From Candidatus Omnitrophota bacterium (lineage in GTDB: Bacteria; Omnitrophota; Gorgyraeia; 1-14-0-20-64-10): DNA of 64,000 bases. The notes beneath the pieces were generated by a model. The model saw only the letters and a program-made list of their open reading frames with translations. It was not told the origin of the DNA and searched no databases. The stretch covers positions 41,486 to 105,485 of the forward strand of contig JACOVG010000033.1 of assembly GCA_016177405.1 (NCBI GenBank), in the 5' to 3' direction. The translations under genes and the position numbers were made by a program. Position 1 is the stretch's first letter. Every line of letters starts with the position of its first letter. This document shows, piece by piece, positions 17,673-27,754 of this stretch.

Positions 17673-20600
17673 ATGGACGAAATGCCGCTCCTTCGTCATT
17701 GCGACCGCGAGCGTCAGCGAAGCGGGAAGCGGTCTTGTCTTAAAATCGGGATTGCTTCGTCGCTGGCGCTCCTGGCAATGACGTATCACTGGGCCTTCGC
17801 GGAATCCACCGTCGAGCCGGTGAACCTCGCCTCTTTCGCCAACGGCGGCAGGATAGAAAGCGCCAGCTCCGACGGCTACGGCAACGTGCCGGCCTACCTG
17901 CTGGACGGAAATCCGGAAACCCAATGGGAAACGGCCTACGGCGATAAAACCAGAGAGGTGGTCCTCTCCTTCTTCGACGGCCGCGAGGCCCTTCTGGATG
18001 CGGCGGTTCTTCATCCCGGCGCCCAGGCCGGCTCTCAGGCCATCAAGGAGTTTGAGCTGCTCCTTTCGGATCAACCCACCGGAGACGATTTCCAATCGGC
18101 CGGGGTCTTTGCCTTAACCCAGGAGGCGGCCGATCAACGGTTTGATCTTGCCGGGAAGAGGGCTCGGCGCCTGAAACTCAAGGTCCTTTCCACCTATGGA
18201 GGCGATCGTTGCGCATTGACGGAGCTCAAGATCCTGGAGGCCGGGGCGCCGGAGGCCTCCCTCTTGAAGGATGCCTTCGCCCAGCCCGTCGCGCAAGAGG
18301 CCCTTTCCACAAGGACCAATCTGGTTTACGTGAGAAATGGCAGCCGGGTGGTTTCCGCCTCCTCCCAGGCCTACGATTACCTCCCCCAGCGGCTGCTGGA
18401 TGGCCACGCGACCGACGAGCGGCGCTGGGAGGGTTACTACAAGGATCTTCAGCCGGAGCTGACCTTTGCTTTTTTTGAAGACCGGCTGGCCGTGGTGGAC
18501 GGCGTTGTGATCCATCCCGGCGAGAAGTATCCGGATTACTGGGTTCGGGAGCTGGAGCTTTGGGCCTCTACGACCGAGCCGGATTCCAGCTTTGAAAGAA
18601 TCGGCCGCTTTATCTTAAAGAAGGAATCAAGCCATCAGCTCATCCCGTTTCCGCCCAGGCCCGTCAAGTATCTCAAGGTCAAGTGCCTGACCCGCTACGG
18701 CCGCCTCAACAATGCCGAGGGCTGCCGGATTGCGGAGCTGATGGTCCTGGAGCATCCCGAGCCGGGCAAGCCCTCCATCCTGGAGGGGGCCTTTGCCCAG
18801 CTGGTGTCGGCCGAGACGCTGGCCCTCGCCAGGGATCTTTTAAGCCCCTCTTTGGGCGGCCGGATCGTGTCGGCCTCCTCCTCCGGCTACAGCAGCAGCC
18901 CGCCCGCGCACCTGGTAGACGGCAAGGTGGACGAGTACAACTATTGGGAGGGGGCCTACAAGGATCCCCAGCCGGAGATTGTCGTCTCCTTTTTTGACGA
19001 CCGGGCCGCCTGGGTCGACGGCGTCGTACTCCACACCGGCTCAAAATATTCAGACAACTGGCCCAGGGACGTGGAGCTTTGGGCCTCCCTGGAAAAGTCG
19101 GACTCCGGCTTCAAGAAGATCGGCCGATTCCTTCTTAAAGAAGAGGCCGGCTACCATCGGCTTTTCTTCCCTCCAACGCAGGCCAAGTACTTGAAGGTCA
19201 AGTTCCTGGGCCGCTTTGGCCGGCTCAAGGACGCCGAGCAGTGCCGCGCGGGGGAGCTGATGGTTCTCGAGTCGAAGGAAGAGGGAAACGTCTCCATCCT
19301 GGAGGATGTTCTCACCCAGCCGCTTTCCGCCCACTCGATCGCTGGAGGGGTCAACGTGGCCTTTCGAACCCTGGGCGGCAAGGTGGAGGACGCCAGCTCC
19401 TCGTACGACGACAAGTTCAAGCCGGACAACCTCATCGACGGCATGACGGGTTCGGAGAACTCTTGGGCGCCGGCCAAGGATCAAGCGCCTCCCCACGAGA
19501 TCGTCTTCTCGTTTCTTCGCCAGAAGGCGGCCTGGATCGACAAGGTGGTTCTGGACCCGCGGCACCAGGTGAGGAACACCGCGACGGTCAAGGATTTTGA
19601 GATCTGGGTTTCCCAGGAGGCCAGCGGAGAGTCGTTCACCAAGGCAGGGCGCTTCTTGGCGCCCAACCAGATGATCGAGCAGGCGGCCCTCCTGCCCAAG
19701 CCGGTTTTGGCGAGGAGGGTCAAGCTCAAGATCCTCTCGGCGCATGACGAGAAGCTTCTTCCGGCCCTGGCGGAGGTGATGATCCTGGAGGCCCCCTCGG
19801 CCGGCCCCTCGGTCCTCTCCGATCTTAAGCTGAACTTGGCCGACCGCTCGCTGGGCTTCTCGCTCGTCCGCTTTACCTCCCAGGGCTCAAGCGGCCAAGA
19901 AAGGTGGATGGCCTCCCAACTGTTTAACCCGGCTCGCGAGCCGGAGGGATGGGCCTCCTCGGACAACAAGTTCCCGCAGGATCTGGTCTTTGGCTTCGGG
20001 CTGGGCCAGCGTGTTTTGCTCCGGAGGGTCATCCTGGAGGCCCCTCCCGTCCTTGAGACAAGACCCAAGCAGTTCAGCCTTCGGACCTCTCTGGAGTCTC
20101 CGGTGCGGGGTTTGAAGACGATAGGGGAGGAGGTTTACGACTTCGATCCCTCCGCCGCCGAGCAAGTGGTTGAGTTTGATCCTCCCATGGAGGCCAGGTA
20201 TCTCATGCTTCGGATCCTCTCCAACCAGGGAGGCAGGGTGACCGGCTTGAAGGCGATCCGGATGATCGAGGCCCAAGCCCCCGGTTATCTCTCGCTGGCG
20301 ACCCGGCTTGGACAAGTGGGCGGCAGCCGCCCCGGGCAGGAGGAGGAAGAGGCGGTCTCCTCTGTCGAGGAGGGAGCTCGCCCAGAGAAGGAGCCCAACG
20401 ACAGTCCTGCCCAGGCCGATCCGGTAGCGCTGGAGGAGAAGGTGGCCGGCAAGATCGATCCCCCGCAGGAGGTAGATTACTATCGGCTCGATCTCGCCCG
20501 TGCCGACCGAAACATCTTAAACCTTGAGCTGACCGGCAGGCCTTACCTGCGCACCTCGCTTGCGTTAAGCAAAGAGGCAGATCCCTCTTGGACGAAGCAA

Positions 20601-22112
20601 TTTACACCCGAGAAGGCCTCCGGTCAGCAGGCGCAGATCTCTTGGAAGTTCGAGCCGGCCTCGTACCTTCTCAAGGTCTCGGAGCCCAAGAGCTCCCTCG
20701 TCCTCATCTACGACACGAGCGGCAGCATGCAGGGCAGCCAGCAGGATCTTGAAGCTGCCGTGGCCAGTTACGCCAAGGCGATCCAAAAGGGAGAGGAGAT
20801 GGCCGTCGTCCGCTTCTCGAACAAATCCCAGAGGCTTTGCGATTTTACGGATGAGCCGGCTGTCCTCGTGAAGGCCCTGGAGGGGCAGTTTACTCCCAAC
20901 GGAGGAACCTCCCTCTTCGACGCCCTTCGAGACGGCATCGCCCTGCTGGAAGGGCGGCTGGGCAACCGAGCGATTATTCTGATGACCGATGGGATGGATT
21001 CGACGAGCTCGACCAAGTACACGGAGATCTGGTCCGTCCTGGAGGGCTTAAGCAGGAGCAACATCCGACTCTACACGATCGGGATGGGCCAGGACCTCAA
21101 GCAGTACACGCCGGCGATCGGGGCCACGGGTGGCGAGATGCTGGCCCACTTTGCCGCCGCCACCGGCGGACGATTCTTTTACGCCCCCACCTCCAAGGAG
21201 CTCGTGGGGCTGTACGAGGAGATTTCGCGGGAGCTCCGGATGATCACCCGCTACACCCTCACCACCTCCCTAGGAGGCGGCGAGGGCGGATTGCGTCTGA
21301 TCGAGGCCGGCGAAAGGATCCAGGGGGTGGGGGCCCCCACGATCGTGGAGTTCATCCTGGATGCCTCCGGCAGCATGAGCTCTTCCCGGGGAATGAAGGG
21401 CGGAAAAAAGAAGATCACAGTGGCCAAGGAAGTCCTTTCCGAGCTGATCCGAAGCATGCCGGAGGATTACCGCTTGGCCCTGCGGGTCTACGGGCACCGC
21501 TTCAAAGGGGACAAGAAGGATTCCGAGCTTTTGTTTTCCCCGACCGAGGGCAACCGGGACCCCATGCTCAAGAAGATCGCCGCGATCCAGCCGGTGGGCT
21601 TAACCCCCATCGCCTACTCGCTGACCCAGGTGATCAGCGACCTGGCCAACCTGCCGGGAGAGAAACTCGTCATCTTAGTCAGCGACGGCGAGGAGACCGG
21701 CGGGGGAGATCCGGTGAAGGCGGCCCAACAATTGCACTTCATGGGGGTGGGGGTCAAGGTGAACGTTGTCGGCTTTGACATCGCCGAGCAGAAGGTGCAG
21801 GAGCAGATGCGCCAGATCGCCGCCATGGGCGGCGGGCAGTACTATGGGGCCAAGAACTCTGACGAGCTGATTGGTTCCCTGCGCCAGGCCCTGCGCGCCA
21901 GCTTCAAGATCTTCGATGACAGCGGAGAAGAGATGGCGACGGGGCAAATCGGCGAGGGAGAGGTCAAACTCCCGGCAGGGCGCTACAAGGTGGTGGTCCG
22001 CCCGGAGGATCCCATCACGGTAGAGGGGGTGGAGGTCCGCCACAAGGCGGTGACGGAGGTCAAGATCAAGAAGGAAGGGGACCGGATCCAAACCGAATGG
22101 CGCATCCCATGA
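17673..22112 (+). CDS. Giant secreted multidomain protein: five discoidin (F5/8 type C)-like repeats, a PPC domain and two vWA domains
   Basis: Start chosen at MDEMPLL..KIGIASSLALLAMTYHWAFA (signal peptide), just after the upstream stop. Five ~160-aa repeats are each marked by YLLDG..W and ELMVLE. Then comes a pre-peptidase C-terminal domain (KEPNDSPAQA...VDYYRLDL). Then two vWA domains with MIDAS motifs (DTSGSM, DASGSM). Confidence 0.7.
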   Translation: MDEMPLLRHCDRERQRSGKRSCLKIGIASSLALLAMTYHWAFAESTVEPVNLASFANGGRIESASSDGYGNVPAYLLDGNPETQWETAYGDKTREVVLSFFDGREALLDAAVLHPGAQAGSQAIKEFELLLSDQPTGDDFQSAGVFALTQEAADQRFDLAGKRARRLKLKVLSTYGGDRCALTELKILEAGAPEASLLKDAFAQPVAQEALSTRTNLVYVRNGSRVVSASSQAYDYLPQRLLDGHATDERRWEGYYKDLQPELTFAFFEDRLAVVDGVVIHPGEKYPDYWVRELELWASTTEPDSSFERIGRFILKKESSHQLIPFPPRPVKYLKVKCLTRYGRLNNAEGCRIAELMVLEHPEPGKPSILEGAFAQLVSAETLALARDLLSPSLGGRIVSASSSGYSSSPPAHLVDGKVDEYNYWEGAYKDPQPEIVVSFFDDRAAWVDGVVLHTGSKYSDNWPRDVELWASLEKSDSGFKKIGRFLLKEEAGYHRLFFPPTQAKYLKVKFLGRFGRLKDAEQCRAGELMVLESKEEGNVSILEDVLTQPLSAHSIAGGVNVAFRTLGGKVEDASSSYDDKFKPDNLIDGMTGSENSWAPAKDQAPPHEIVFSFLRQKAAWIDKVVLDPRHQVRNTATVKDFEIWVSQEASGESFTKAGRFLAPNQMIEQAALLPKPVLARRVKLKILSAHDEKLLPALAEVMILEAPSAGPSVLSDLKLNLADRSLGFSLVRFTSQGSSGQERWMASQLFNPAREPEGWASSDNKFPQDLVFGFGLGQRVLLRRVILEAPPVLETRPKQFSLRTSLESPVRGLKTIGEEVYDFDPSAAEQVVEFDPPMEARYLMLRILSNQGGRVTGLKAIRMIEAQAPGYLSLATRLGQVGGSRPGQEEEEAVSSVEEGARPEKEPNDSPAQADPVALEEKVAGKIDPPQEVDYYRLDLARADRNILNLELTGRPYLRTSLALSKEADPSWTKQFTPEKASGQQAQISWKFEPASYLLKVSEPKSSLVLIYDTSGSMQGSQQDLEAAVASYAKAIQKGEEMAVVRFSNKSQRLCDFTDEPAVLVKALEGQFTPNGGTSLFDALRDGIALLEGRLGNRAIILMTDGMDSTSSTKYTEIWSVLEGLSRSNIRLYTIGMGQDLKQYTPAIGATGGEMLAHFAAATGGRFFYAPTSKELVGLYEEISRELRMITRYTLTTSLGGGEGGLRLIEAGERIQGVGAPTIVEFILDASGSMSSSRGMKGGKKKITVAKEVLSELIRSMPEDYRLALRVYGHRFKGDKKDSELLFSPTEGNRDPMLKKIAAIQPVGLTPIAYSLTQVISDLANLPGEKLVILVSDGEETGGGDPVKAAQQLHFMGVGVKVNVVGFDIAEQKVQEQMRQIAAMGGGQYYGAKNSDELIGSLRQALRASFKIFDDSGEEMATGQIGEGEVKLPAGRYKVVVRPEDPITVEGVEVRHKAVTEVKIKKEGDRIQTEWRIP

Positions 22113-23197
22113 CCCCGCCAACCGCCAAGCTCTTTTGGATCCTGGCGTTGGCCGCGCTCACGGCCGGGTGCCAACTGGAGATTGGCTTTCAGGCCGACAC
22201 GAAGGTTCTCCCCGACGGGTCGGTCACCCGAACCACCCGGTACGAGGCCTTTTCCCTGTCGGATAAAACCGAGCTGGAGAAGCGGTACGAGCTTCCTCCA
22301 TCAGGCCAATGGGAAGAGATCGCCATCCCCAAGCCCCCGGTGGCCGGCGAACCGAAGGCGCCCGAGACCCACCACCTCTACTCCGTGACCCGGCGTTACG
22401 CCCCAGGCGAGCCGATGGTCCCCGATCACGGCAGAAAGGACGAGCAAGGCCGGCTCGGCGCGCTCAACCGGATCAAGCTCTCCATCGACGAGACTTTCTT
22501 CACCCGCACCTTTGACTACGAGGAGCGCTTCCGGGACGGAGGCAGCCGCGAGGAGGCCGCCCAGGCCCTCCAGGAGATCTTGGAGGCCTGGATCGCCCGT
22601 TTCTCAAGACTCCTTGAGGGGAAGCTTAAGAAACAGCTTGCCGCGGGCCAAATCCAGGAGGTTTTTCTGGCCAAGCTCAAGCCCCTCCTCCTGCGGCTTC
22701 AGGATCAGATCCGCTTTCAAGGGGGCGCGGCGCTCCGGAACACCTCTTTCTTTGACGAGCTGGCTGGAGAGCTGGAGAAGGAGGGGATGGTGAATTTCTT
22801 CTTGACGAGCTTCCCGCCGCCCGCGCCCCAGAAGGCCCCTCTCTGGAAAGCCAGCGCGGAGGAGGCCTACGAGGAGGCGGAGGATTTCCTGGAAGAAGAG
22901 ATGTCCTCCCAGTCCCAGGGGGCTTTCTTCGGCGCCTATGGCCTGCCGATCCTGCAGCCCGATTACACCTTTCACCTTTCCCTGCGGCTTCCCGGGAAGA
23001 TCCTGTACGCCAATTCGACCCGAAGGCAGGGCAAGGCGCTCGTCTGGGAGTTTGACCGCTTTCACTTTTTGTGGGACGATCACATCCTGCACGCCCGCTC
23101 CCGGGTGGTTCGGACCGGCCGGGTTCTCTTCTTAGGAGGAATGCTTGCCTTGGTTCTCGCGCTGGCGATGGTCTATTCCCGCAGATGGACCTCTTAG
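22097..23197 (+). CDS. Lipoprotein, hypothetical, with C-terminal TM anchor
   Basis: Lipobox LTAGC after a signal peptide, and a C-terminal hydrophobic segment VLFLGGMLALVLALAMVY. It overlaps the giant gene's stop by 16 nt, so translational coupling is likely. Confidence 0.55.
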   Translation: MAHPMTPPTAKLFWILALAALTAGCQLEIGFQADTKVLPDGSVTRTTRYEAFSLSDKTELEKRYELPPSGQWEEIAIPKPPVAGEPKAPETHHLYSVTRRYAPGEPMVPDHGRKDEQGRLGALNRIKLSIDETFFTRTFDYEERFRDGGSREEAAQALQEILEAWIARFSRLLEGKLKKQLAAGQIQEVFLAKLKPLLLRLQDQIRFQGGAALRNTSFFDELAGELEKEGMVNFFLTSFPPPAPQKAPLWKASAEEAYEEAEDFLEEEMSSQSQGAFFGAYGLPILQPDYTFHLSLRLPGKILYANSTRRQGKALVWEFDRFHFLWDDHILHARSRVVRTGRVLFLGGMLALVLALAMVYSRRWTS

Positions 23198-23207
23198 AGC
23201 GCCGAGG

Positions 23208-23837
23208 GTGAGCAAGGCCCTGCGGCAAATCGAGGAACGCTTGAGCGGTCTCGCGCCCGGGACCCTCCGGCATGAGACGCTCCAAGCGGCCAAACAGTTC
23301 AAGAGCTCCTGGATCGAATTGGGCCGGGCCCTCTGGACGGTTTCGAATCAGAAGGCCTTCCGGGAATGGGGATTCCTCACCTTCGAGGCCTACTGCGCCA
23401 AGGAGGTCGGAATCCGCGCCGCCACCGCCAAGAAACTCCTCCACTCCTACTACTTCCTGGAGAAGGAAGAACCGACCCTCCTGAAGGAGCTTGAAGGAGA
23501 AGCGCCCTCCAAGCTGCCCAGCCCCGAGGCGGTGAATGTCCTGCGCCTCATTCGCAAGCGCAAGGAGATCTCTCCCGAACGATACCAGCGTTTTCGCTCC
23601 TACGCCCTGGAGGAGGGCAAGGAGGCGCCGGTTCTGCGCCGGGAGCTCAAATCGCTGATGGAGGAAACCCATCCGGATCCGGCCGCCCTCCGGGCCAGCC
23701 GGCGGCAGGCGGCCCTGCGCCGGATGATCGGCACCCTGAAGTCCCTCCAGGCGGAATCGGCCGCGTCGGATTTTCTTCCCAAAAGTCTTACGACCCAAAT
23801 CGGTTCCCTCATCAAAAAACTTGAGGAGGCACTCTAA
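23208..23837 (+). CDS. Hypothetical protein
   Basis: Charged, helical ~209-aa ORF. GTG start chosen just after the upstream stop. No recognised motif. Confidence 0.4.
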   Translation: MSKALRQIEERLSGLAPGTLRHETLQAAKQFKSSWIELGRALWTVSNQKAFREWGFLTFEAYCAKEVGIRAATAKKLLHSYYFLEKEEPTLLKELEGEAPSKLPSPEAVNVLRLIRKRKEISPERYQRFRSYALEEGKEAPVLRRELKSLMEETHPDPAALRASRRQAALRRMIGTLKSLQAESAASDFLPKSLTTQIGSLIKKLEEAL

Positions 23838-24250
23838 TGATCGAGAGAATCCAATCCACCCGGGCGGGCGTGGCGATTGCCCTCTTAAGGATGGTCCTGG
23901 GGGTGATCTTCATCAGGGAAGGCTCCGGAAAGCTCTTCGGTTGGTTTGGCGGCGGAGGTTTTGAGGCGGCCTGCCAGTATTTCACGGAGCTGGGAATCCC
24001 CTTGCCGGTCTTGAACACGATCTTGGTCTCCGGCACGGAGTTCTTTGGCGGATTGGCGCTTCTGGCCGGTTTCTTGACCCGCCTGGCCGTGATCCCCCTT
24101 TCCATCACCATGGGAGTGGCGATTGTGACCGCCCACTTGGGCGGGGGATGGGGGTACCCGACCCTCATCATCGCGGTGTGCGCGGTCCTGTTTCAGAATG
24201 GCTCGGGCCCCTTCTCGCTTGATCACGCCTTAGGCGCTCCGGAAAAGTGA
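23837..24250 (+). CDS. DoxX-family membrane protein
   Basis: 137 aa with 4 TM segments and a DoxX-like pattern (LLRMVLGVIFIREGSGKLFGWFGG...). Confidence 0.7.
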   Translation: MIERIQSTRAGVAIALLRMVLGVIFIREGSGKLFGWFGGGGFEAACQYFTELGIPLPVLNTILVSGTEFFGGLALLAGFLTRLAVIPLSITMGVAIVTAHLGGGWGYPTLIIAVCAVLFQNGSGPFSLDHALGAPEK

Positions 24251-25509
24251 CCAGGCCCATTGGATTAAGGCGCGGGTTCCGGACCCCCTTTGTCAAGATG
24301 GGAAAGGAGTTCGCGCGTCTAAATCCGGTGGAGCTCTCGAGCCTCTTGATCGATGGGATGCTGGAGAGGGAACCGTCCATCGCGCCGCACATTCAGCGCG
24401 TGATCTGGGGGATGGTGGTGCCGGATCCCAACCTCTATTCGATTGCCCGGGAGGCGGTCCTGGCCTCCCGGCTGGACCCGAGGGTCGAGGCCTACAGCGT
24501 CTCGCGGGCCTGCGCCACGAGCCTCCAGGCGGCGGCCAACGCCGCCCATCATTACAACGCCTTTCCCCAGGAGCCCTCGATCAGTCTGGCCGGAGGGGTC
24601 GAGTCCTTCTCTTCGGCCAAACCGGTGGTGACCGAGAGAGCCTCGCGGCTCTTTAAAACGCTGGCGGCTCCCAAGGCAGGCTTGTGGACCAAGCTCGCCG
24701 CCCTTTTGACCACCCCGCCCCTGGCCCTGTGGCCTGTTCCGCCGTCGGCCAAGGAGTATTCGACGGGGCTGACCATGGGGGAGCACTGCGAGCTGATGGT
24801 CAAGGAGTTTAAGATCGCCAGGGAGCGCCAGGACCGATTCGCGCTGGCCTCCCACCTCAACGCGGTGAAGGCCAGAGGGGATTTGGCCGGTCAGATCATT
24901 CCGGTCGCGGGGGTCAAGCGGGATACCCTGATTCGGGAGGATACCTCGCCGGCGGCGCTGGCGGCCCTGCGCCCCGCCTTCGACCGATCGGCAGCGGGAA
25001 CGATCACCGCCGGCAACGCCAGTCCCTACACCGACGGGGCCGCCGCCCTTTACGTCGTGTCGCCCGCCCTGGAAGGGAAGGTTTCCCCCGAGGCCCACCT
25101 GGTGGACACCGAGTTCGTCGGGGTGGCGCCGAAGAAGGGGCTTTTGATGGGTCCTGGCAAGGCGATGCTGCGTCTTCTGGAAAGGCACGGCCTTCGTTGG
25201 GACGACGTGGATTACCTGGAGATGCACGAGGCCTTTGCCGGGCAGATCCTCTCCAACGTCGAGGCGGTGAACGACCCGGCCTACCGCCAGGGGGTTTATG
25301 GGATTTCTTTCGATCCCGGGCGCCTGGAGGAAGCCAGACTCAACCCCTGGGGCTCCTCCATCGCCTACGGGCATCCCTTCGGGGCGACCGGCGCCCGGAT
25401 GCTCAACCAGGCGATCGCCTACCTCCATAAGACGAACACGAAACGGGCCCTCTTGGGAATCTGCACGGCCGGCGGCCTGGCCGGCGCCGCGCTCCTTGAA
25501 CGCCGCTAG
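24247..25509 (+). CDS. Acetyl-CoA C-acyltransferase (thiolase)
   Basis: N-terminal RTPFVK motif, active-site region SRACATSLQA, and a C-terminal GHPFGATGAR...CTAGGLAGAALLER thiolase signature. Confidence 0.8.
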   Translation: MTRPIGLRRGFRTPFVKMGKEFARLNPVELSSLLIDGMLEREPSIAPHIQRVIWGMVVPDPNLYSIAREAVLASRLDPRVEAYSVSRACATSLQAAANAAHHYNAFPQEPSISLAGGVESFSSAKPVVTERASRLFKTLAAPKAGLWTKLAALLTTPPLALWPVPPSAKEYSTGLTMGEHCELMVKEFKIARERQDRFALASHLNAVKARGDLAGQIIPVAGVKRDTLIREDTSPAALAALRPAFDRSAAGTITAGNASPYTDGAAALYVVSPALEGKVSPEAHLVDTEFVGVAPKKGLLMGPGKAMLRLLERHGLRWDDVDYLEMHEAFAGQILSNVEAVNDPAYRQGVYGISFDPGRLEEARLNPWGSSIAYGHPFGATGARMLNQAIAYLHKTNTKRALLGICTAGGLAGAALLERR

Positions 25510-25520
25510 CCGGTGGTTGT

Positions 25521-25876
25521 GGTGGTGGGCGCCGGTGGCGCTCTACACGGCCTTCATCTTTTGGCTCTCTTCCGCTCCCCGGCCGGCGCCGCCCCTCCTC
25601 GCGTGGCCCGGAGGCGATAAGCTCTTCCATCTGATGGAATACACTCCATTGGGCTCTTTGCTGCTTCGGGCCTTCAGGCGCTCCCTCCCCCGAAAAAACT
25701 CGTTGGGCCTTCCCATGATCGCCGGGTTCCTCTTTGCTCTGGGAATTGCTGCGGGAGACGAGTTCTATCAGGGCTTTATTGCGCAGAGGTTTTCTTCCGT
25801 GTGGGATGCCGCGGCGGATGGGGCCGGGGCTGCCTTGGGTCAATGGCTCTACGCGAAATGGGCCAGGACGGCGTAA
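25521..25876 (+). CDS. VanZ-like family membrane protein
   Basis: VanZ pattern GDKLFHLMEYTPLGSLL ... AAGDEFYQGF. The alternative start (TTG or GTG just after the thiolase stop) is uncertain. Confidence 0.55.
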
Positions 25877-26559
25877 TGGTCGGAGGGGTGCAGTCCCTCC
25901 CGCGGCGCGTCGCAAACCACCTCACAGGCGGATGGTTTAACGAGCGGGAAGGCCTCTTGCGATAGGAAGAGGTAGTCGATCCGGCGGTCCGGAAACTTCA
26001 CGGTGTGAGATTGAATGAAGGGATTGGCGTTGTCCCAGGTGTTCCCTCGCTGGCTGGGGTGGAAGCGGGCCCAGAGGTCCGCCAAGCCGGATTGGAGAAT
26101 CCGCCGGATGGGCGGCGCCGAGGGCTCGGCGTTCATGTCGCCGGCCAGGAGGAGCCGCGGTCTCCGCGGGGCCGTCCAGGCCAGCAGCTCTTCCACCTGG
26201 GCCAGGCGGACTGGTTCGTCGGCCGCCTGCCAGGAGAGGTGGGTCACCGCGGCCCACAGCTCGCCCCCTGGCAGCGAGAGGCCGGCCAGGAGGGCTTGGC
26301 GCGGGCTGCTTTCCCGGGAGGAAGCGGCGCGGTACGTCAGGATTTCATGGGACGCGGCGGGGAACCGGCTTAGGAGGGCCAGCCCCGAGGAGGGAGCGGT
26401 CAGACAAGTCGGAAAGTTAAGCGCTTTTAAGAGGGCCTCATCCGTTGCTTCCTGAAGGCAGAGGACGTCGGCTTGAAGCTCGCTCACGGCCTTCCGGAGA
26501 ATCTCCAGACGGCCGGAGGGCCCGCGGGTTCCCCAGAGGTTAAAGGTGACGATTCGCAT
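25849..26559 (-). CDS. Endonuclease/exonuclease/phosphatase (EEP) family protein
   Basis: MRIVTFNLWG start motif, LCLQEA, and C-terminal SDHYAV. Internal Met23 chosen as the start. Confidence 0.65.
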   Translation of the reverse strand: MRIVTFNLWGTRGPSGRLEILRKAVSELQADVLCLQEATDEALLKALNFPTCLTAPSSGLALLSRFPAASHEILTYRAASSRESSPRQALLAGLSLPGGELWAAVTHLSWQAADEPVRLAQVEELLAWTAPRRPRLLLAGDMNAEPSAPPIRRILQSGLADLWARFHPSQRGNTWDNANPFIQSHTVKFPDRRIDYLFLSQEAFPLVKPSACEVVCDAPREGLHPSDHYAVLAHFA

Positions 26560-27754
26560 GAAAGAAGATATTACCACCCCGCCGCTTAAGTTCGCCGAAA
26601 GAACCCGCTGGGACTTAAGCCCCAACCGGCTCTCTCAAACCTTAAGCCGTCTGCGGGAAGAGGGGTCGGAGGTTTTGGATTTGACCGAGTCCAATCCCAC
26701 CAGGGCGGGGATTCGATACCCTCAAGAGCTTCTCTCCTTTCTTTCCCGGAGCGAATCCCTCCGCTACGACCCCAGCCCCCGCGGGCTTGGCCCGGCGCGC
26801 GAGGCAGTTGCCTCTGTCTATCGGGCCAAGGGGGCGGCCGTGAGCGCCAACCAGATCTTCTTGACGGCCTCCACCAGCGAGGCCTACGGCTTCCTCTTCA
26901 AGCTCCTGTGCGACCCGGCAGATGAGGTGCTTCTGCCCCAGCCGGGATATCCCCTGCTTCATTACCTGGCTGGTCTGCACGATGTTCAGGCGGCCGGATA
27001 CCGCCTGGCGTATGATGCGCGCTGGCGGCTGGACCGAGCCTCTTTCGAACAAGCCCTTTCGGTAAAAAGCCGCGCGGTTGTGGCGATCCATCCGAACTTC
27101 CCAACCGGATCCGGGCTCACCCATGAGGAATGGCGGTGGCTGGCTTCGGGCTGTCAAGCCAGGGGGCTGGCCGTGATCAGCGATGAAGTCTTTGCCGAAT
27201 ATTTTTATCCCGGCGGCGCGGATGGCCTGCCGCCCACCCTCTCCGGTCAGGAGGGGATTTTGACCTTTGCCTTGGGGGGCCTTTCAAAATTCCTGGCTCT
27301 GCCCCAGATGAAGCTTTCCTGGATCGCCGTCACGGGCCCGCCCGCGCGAACCTCCTTGGCGTGCGAGAAGCTGGAGATGATCGCCGACACCTTTCTTTCG
27401 GTGAGCACGCCGGTTCAGCAGGCCCTCCCCCACTGGATCGGCTTTGCCGGCCGGATCCAAGGCCAGCTTCGGAACCGAGTCCAGGCCAACCGCCGGCGGC
27501 TGGCCCAGACGCTTGCCGGCGGCCCCGCCGAGCTTCTGGCCTCCGACGGCGGCTTAAGTGCGGTCCTTCGGGTGCCTGGCTTGGCGCGGGAAGAGGAATG
27601 GGTTGTGAAACTGCTGGCCGAGGATCACGTCCTGGTTCATCCGGGATGCCTCTATGGTTTTGAGGAAGCCGGATTCCTCGTGGTGAGCCTGCTCGCCGAG
27701 GAGTCGGTCTTTCAGGAGGCCCTCCGCCGCCTCGCGGGGAGGCCGGCGGAATGA
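26546..27754 (+). CDS. PLP-dependent aminotransferase, class I/II
   Basis: 402 aa with the fold-type I aminotransferase pattern. Putative PLP-Lys in GGLSKFLALPQMKLSW. Confidence 0.75.
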   Translation: MTIRMKEDITTPPLKFAERTRWDLSPNRLSQTLSRLREEGSEVLDLTESNPTRAGIRYPQELLSFLSRSESLRYDPSPRGLGPAREAVASVYRAKGAAVSANQIFLTASTSEAYGFLFKLLCDPADEVLLPQPGYPLLHYLAGLHDVQAAGYRLAYDARWRLDRASFEQALSVKSRAVVAIHPNFPTGSGLTHEEWRWLASGCQARGLAVISDEVFAEYFYPGGADGLPPTLSGQEGILTFALGGLSKFLALPQMKLSWIAVTGPPARTSLACEKLEMIADTFLSVSTPVQQALPHWIGFAGRIQGQLRNRVQANRRRLAQTLAGGPAELLASDGGLSAVLRVPGLAREEEWVVKLLAEDHVLVHPGCLYGFEEAGFLVVSLLAEESVFQEALRRLAGRPAE

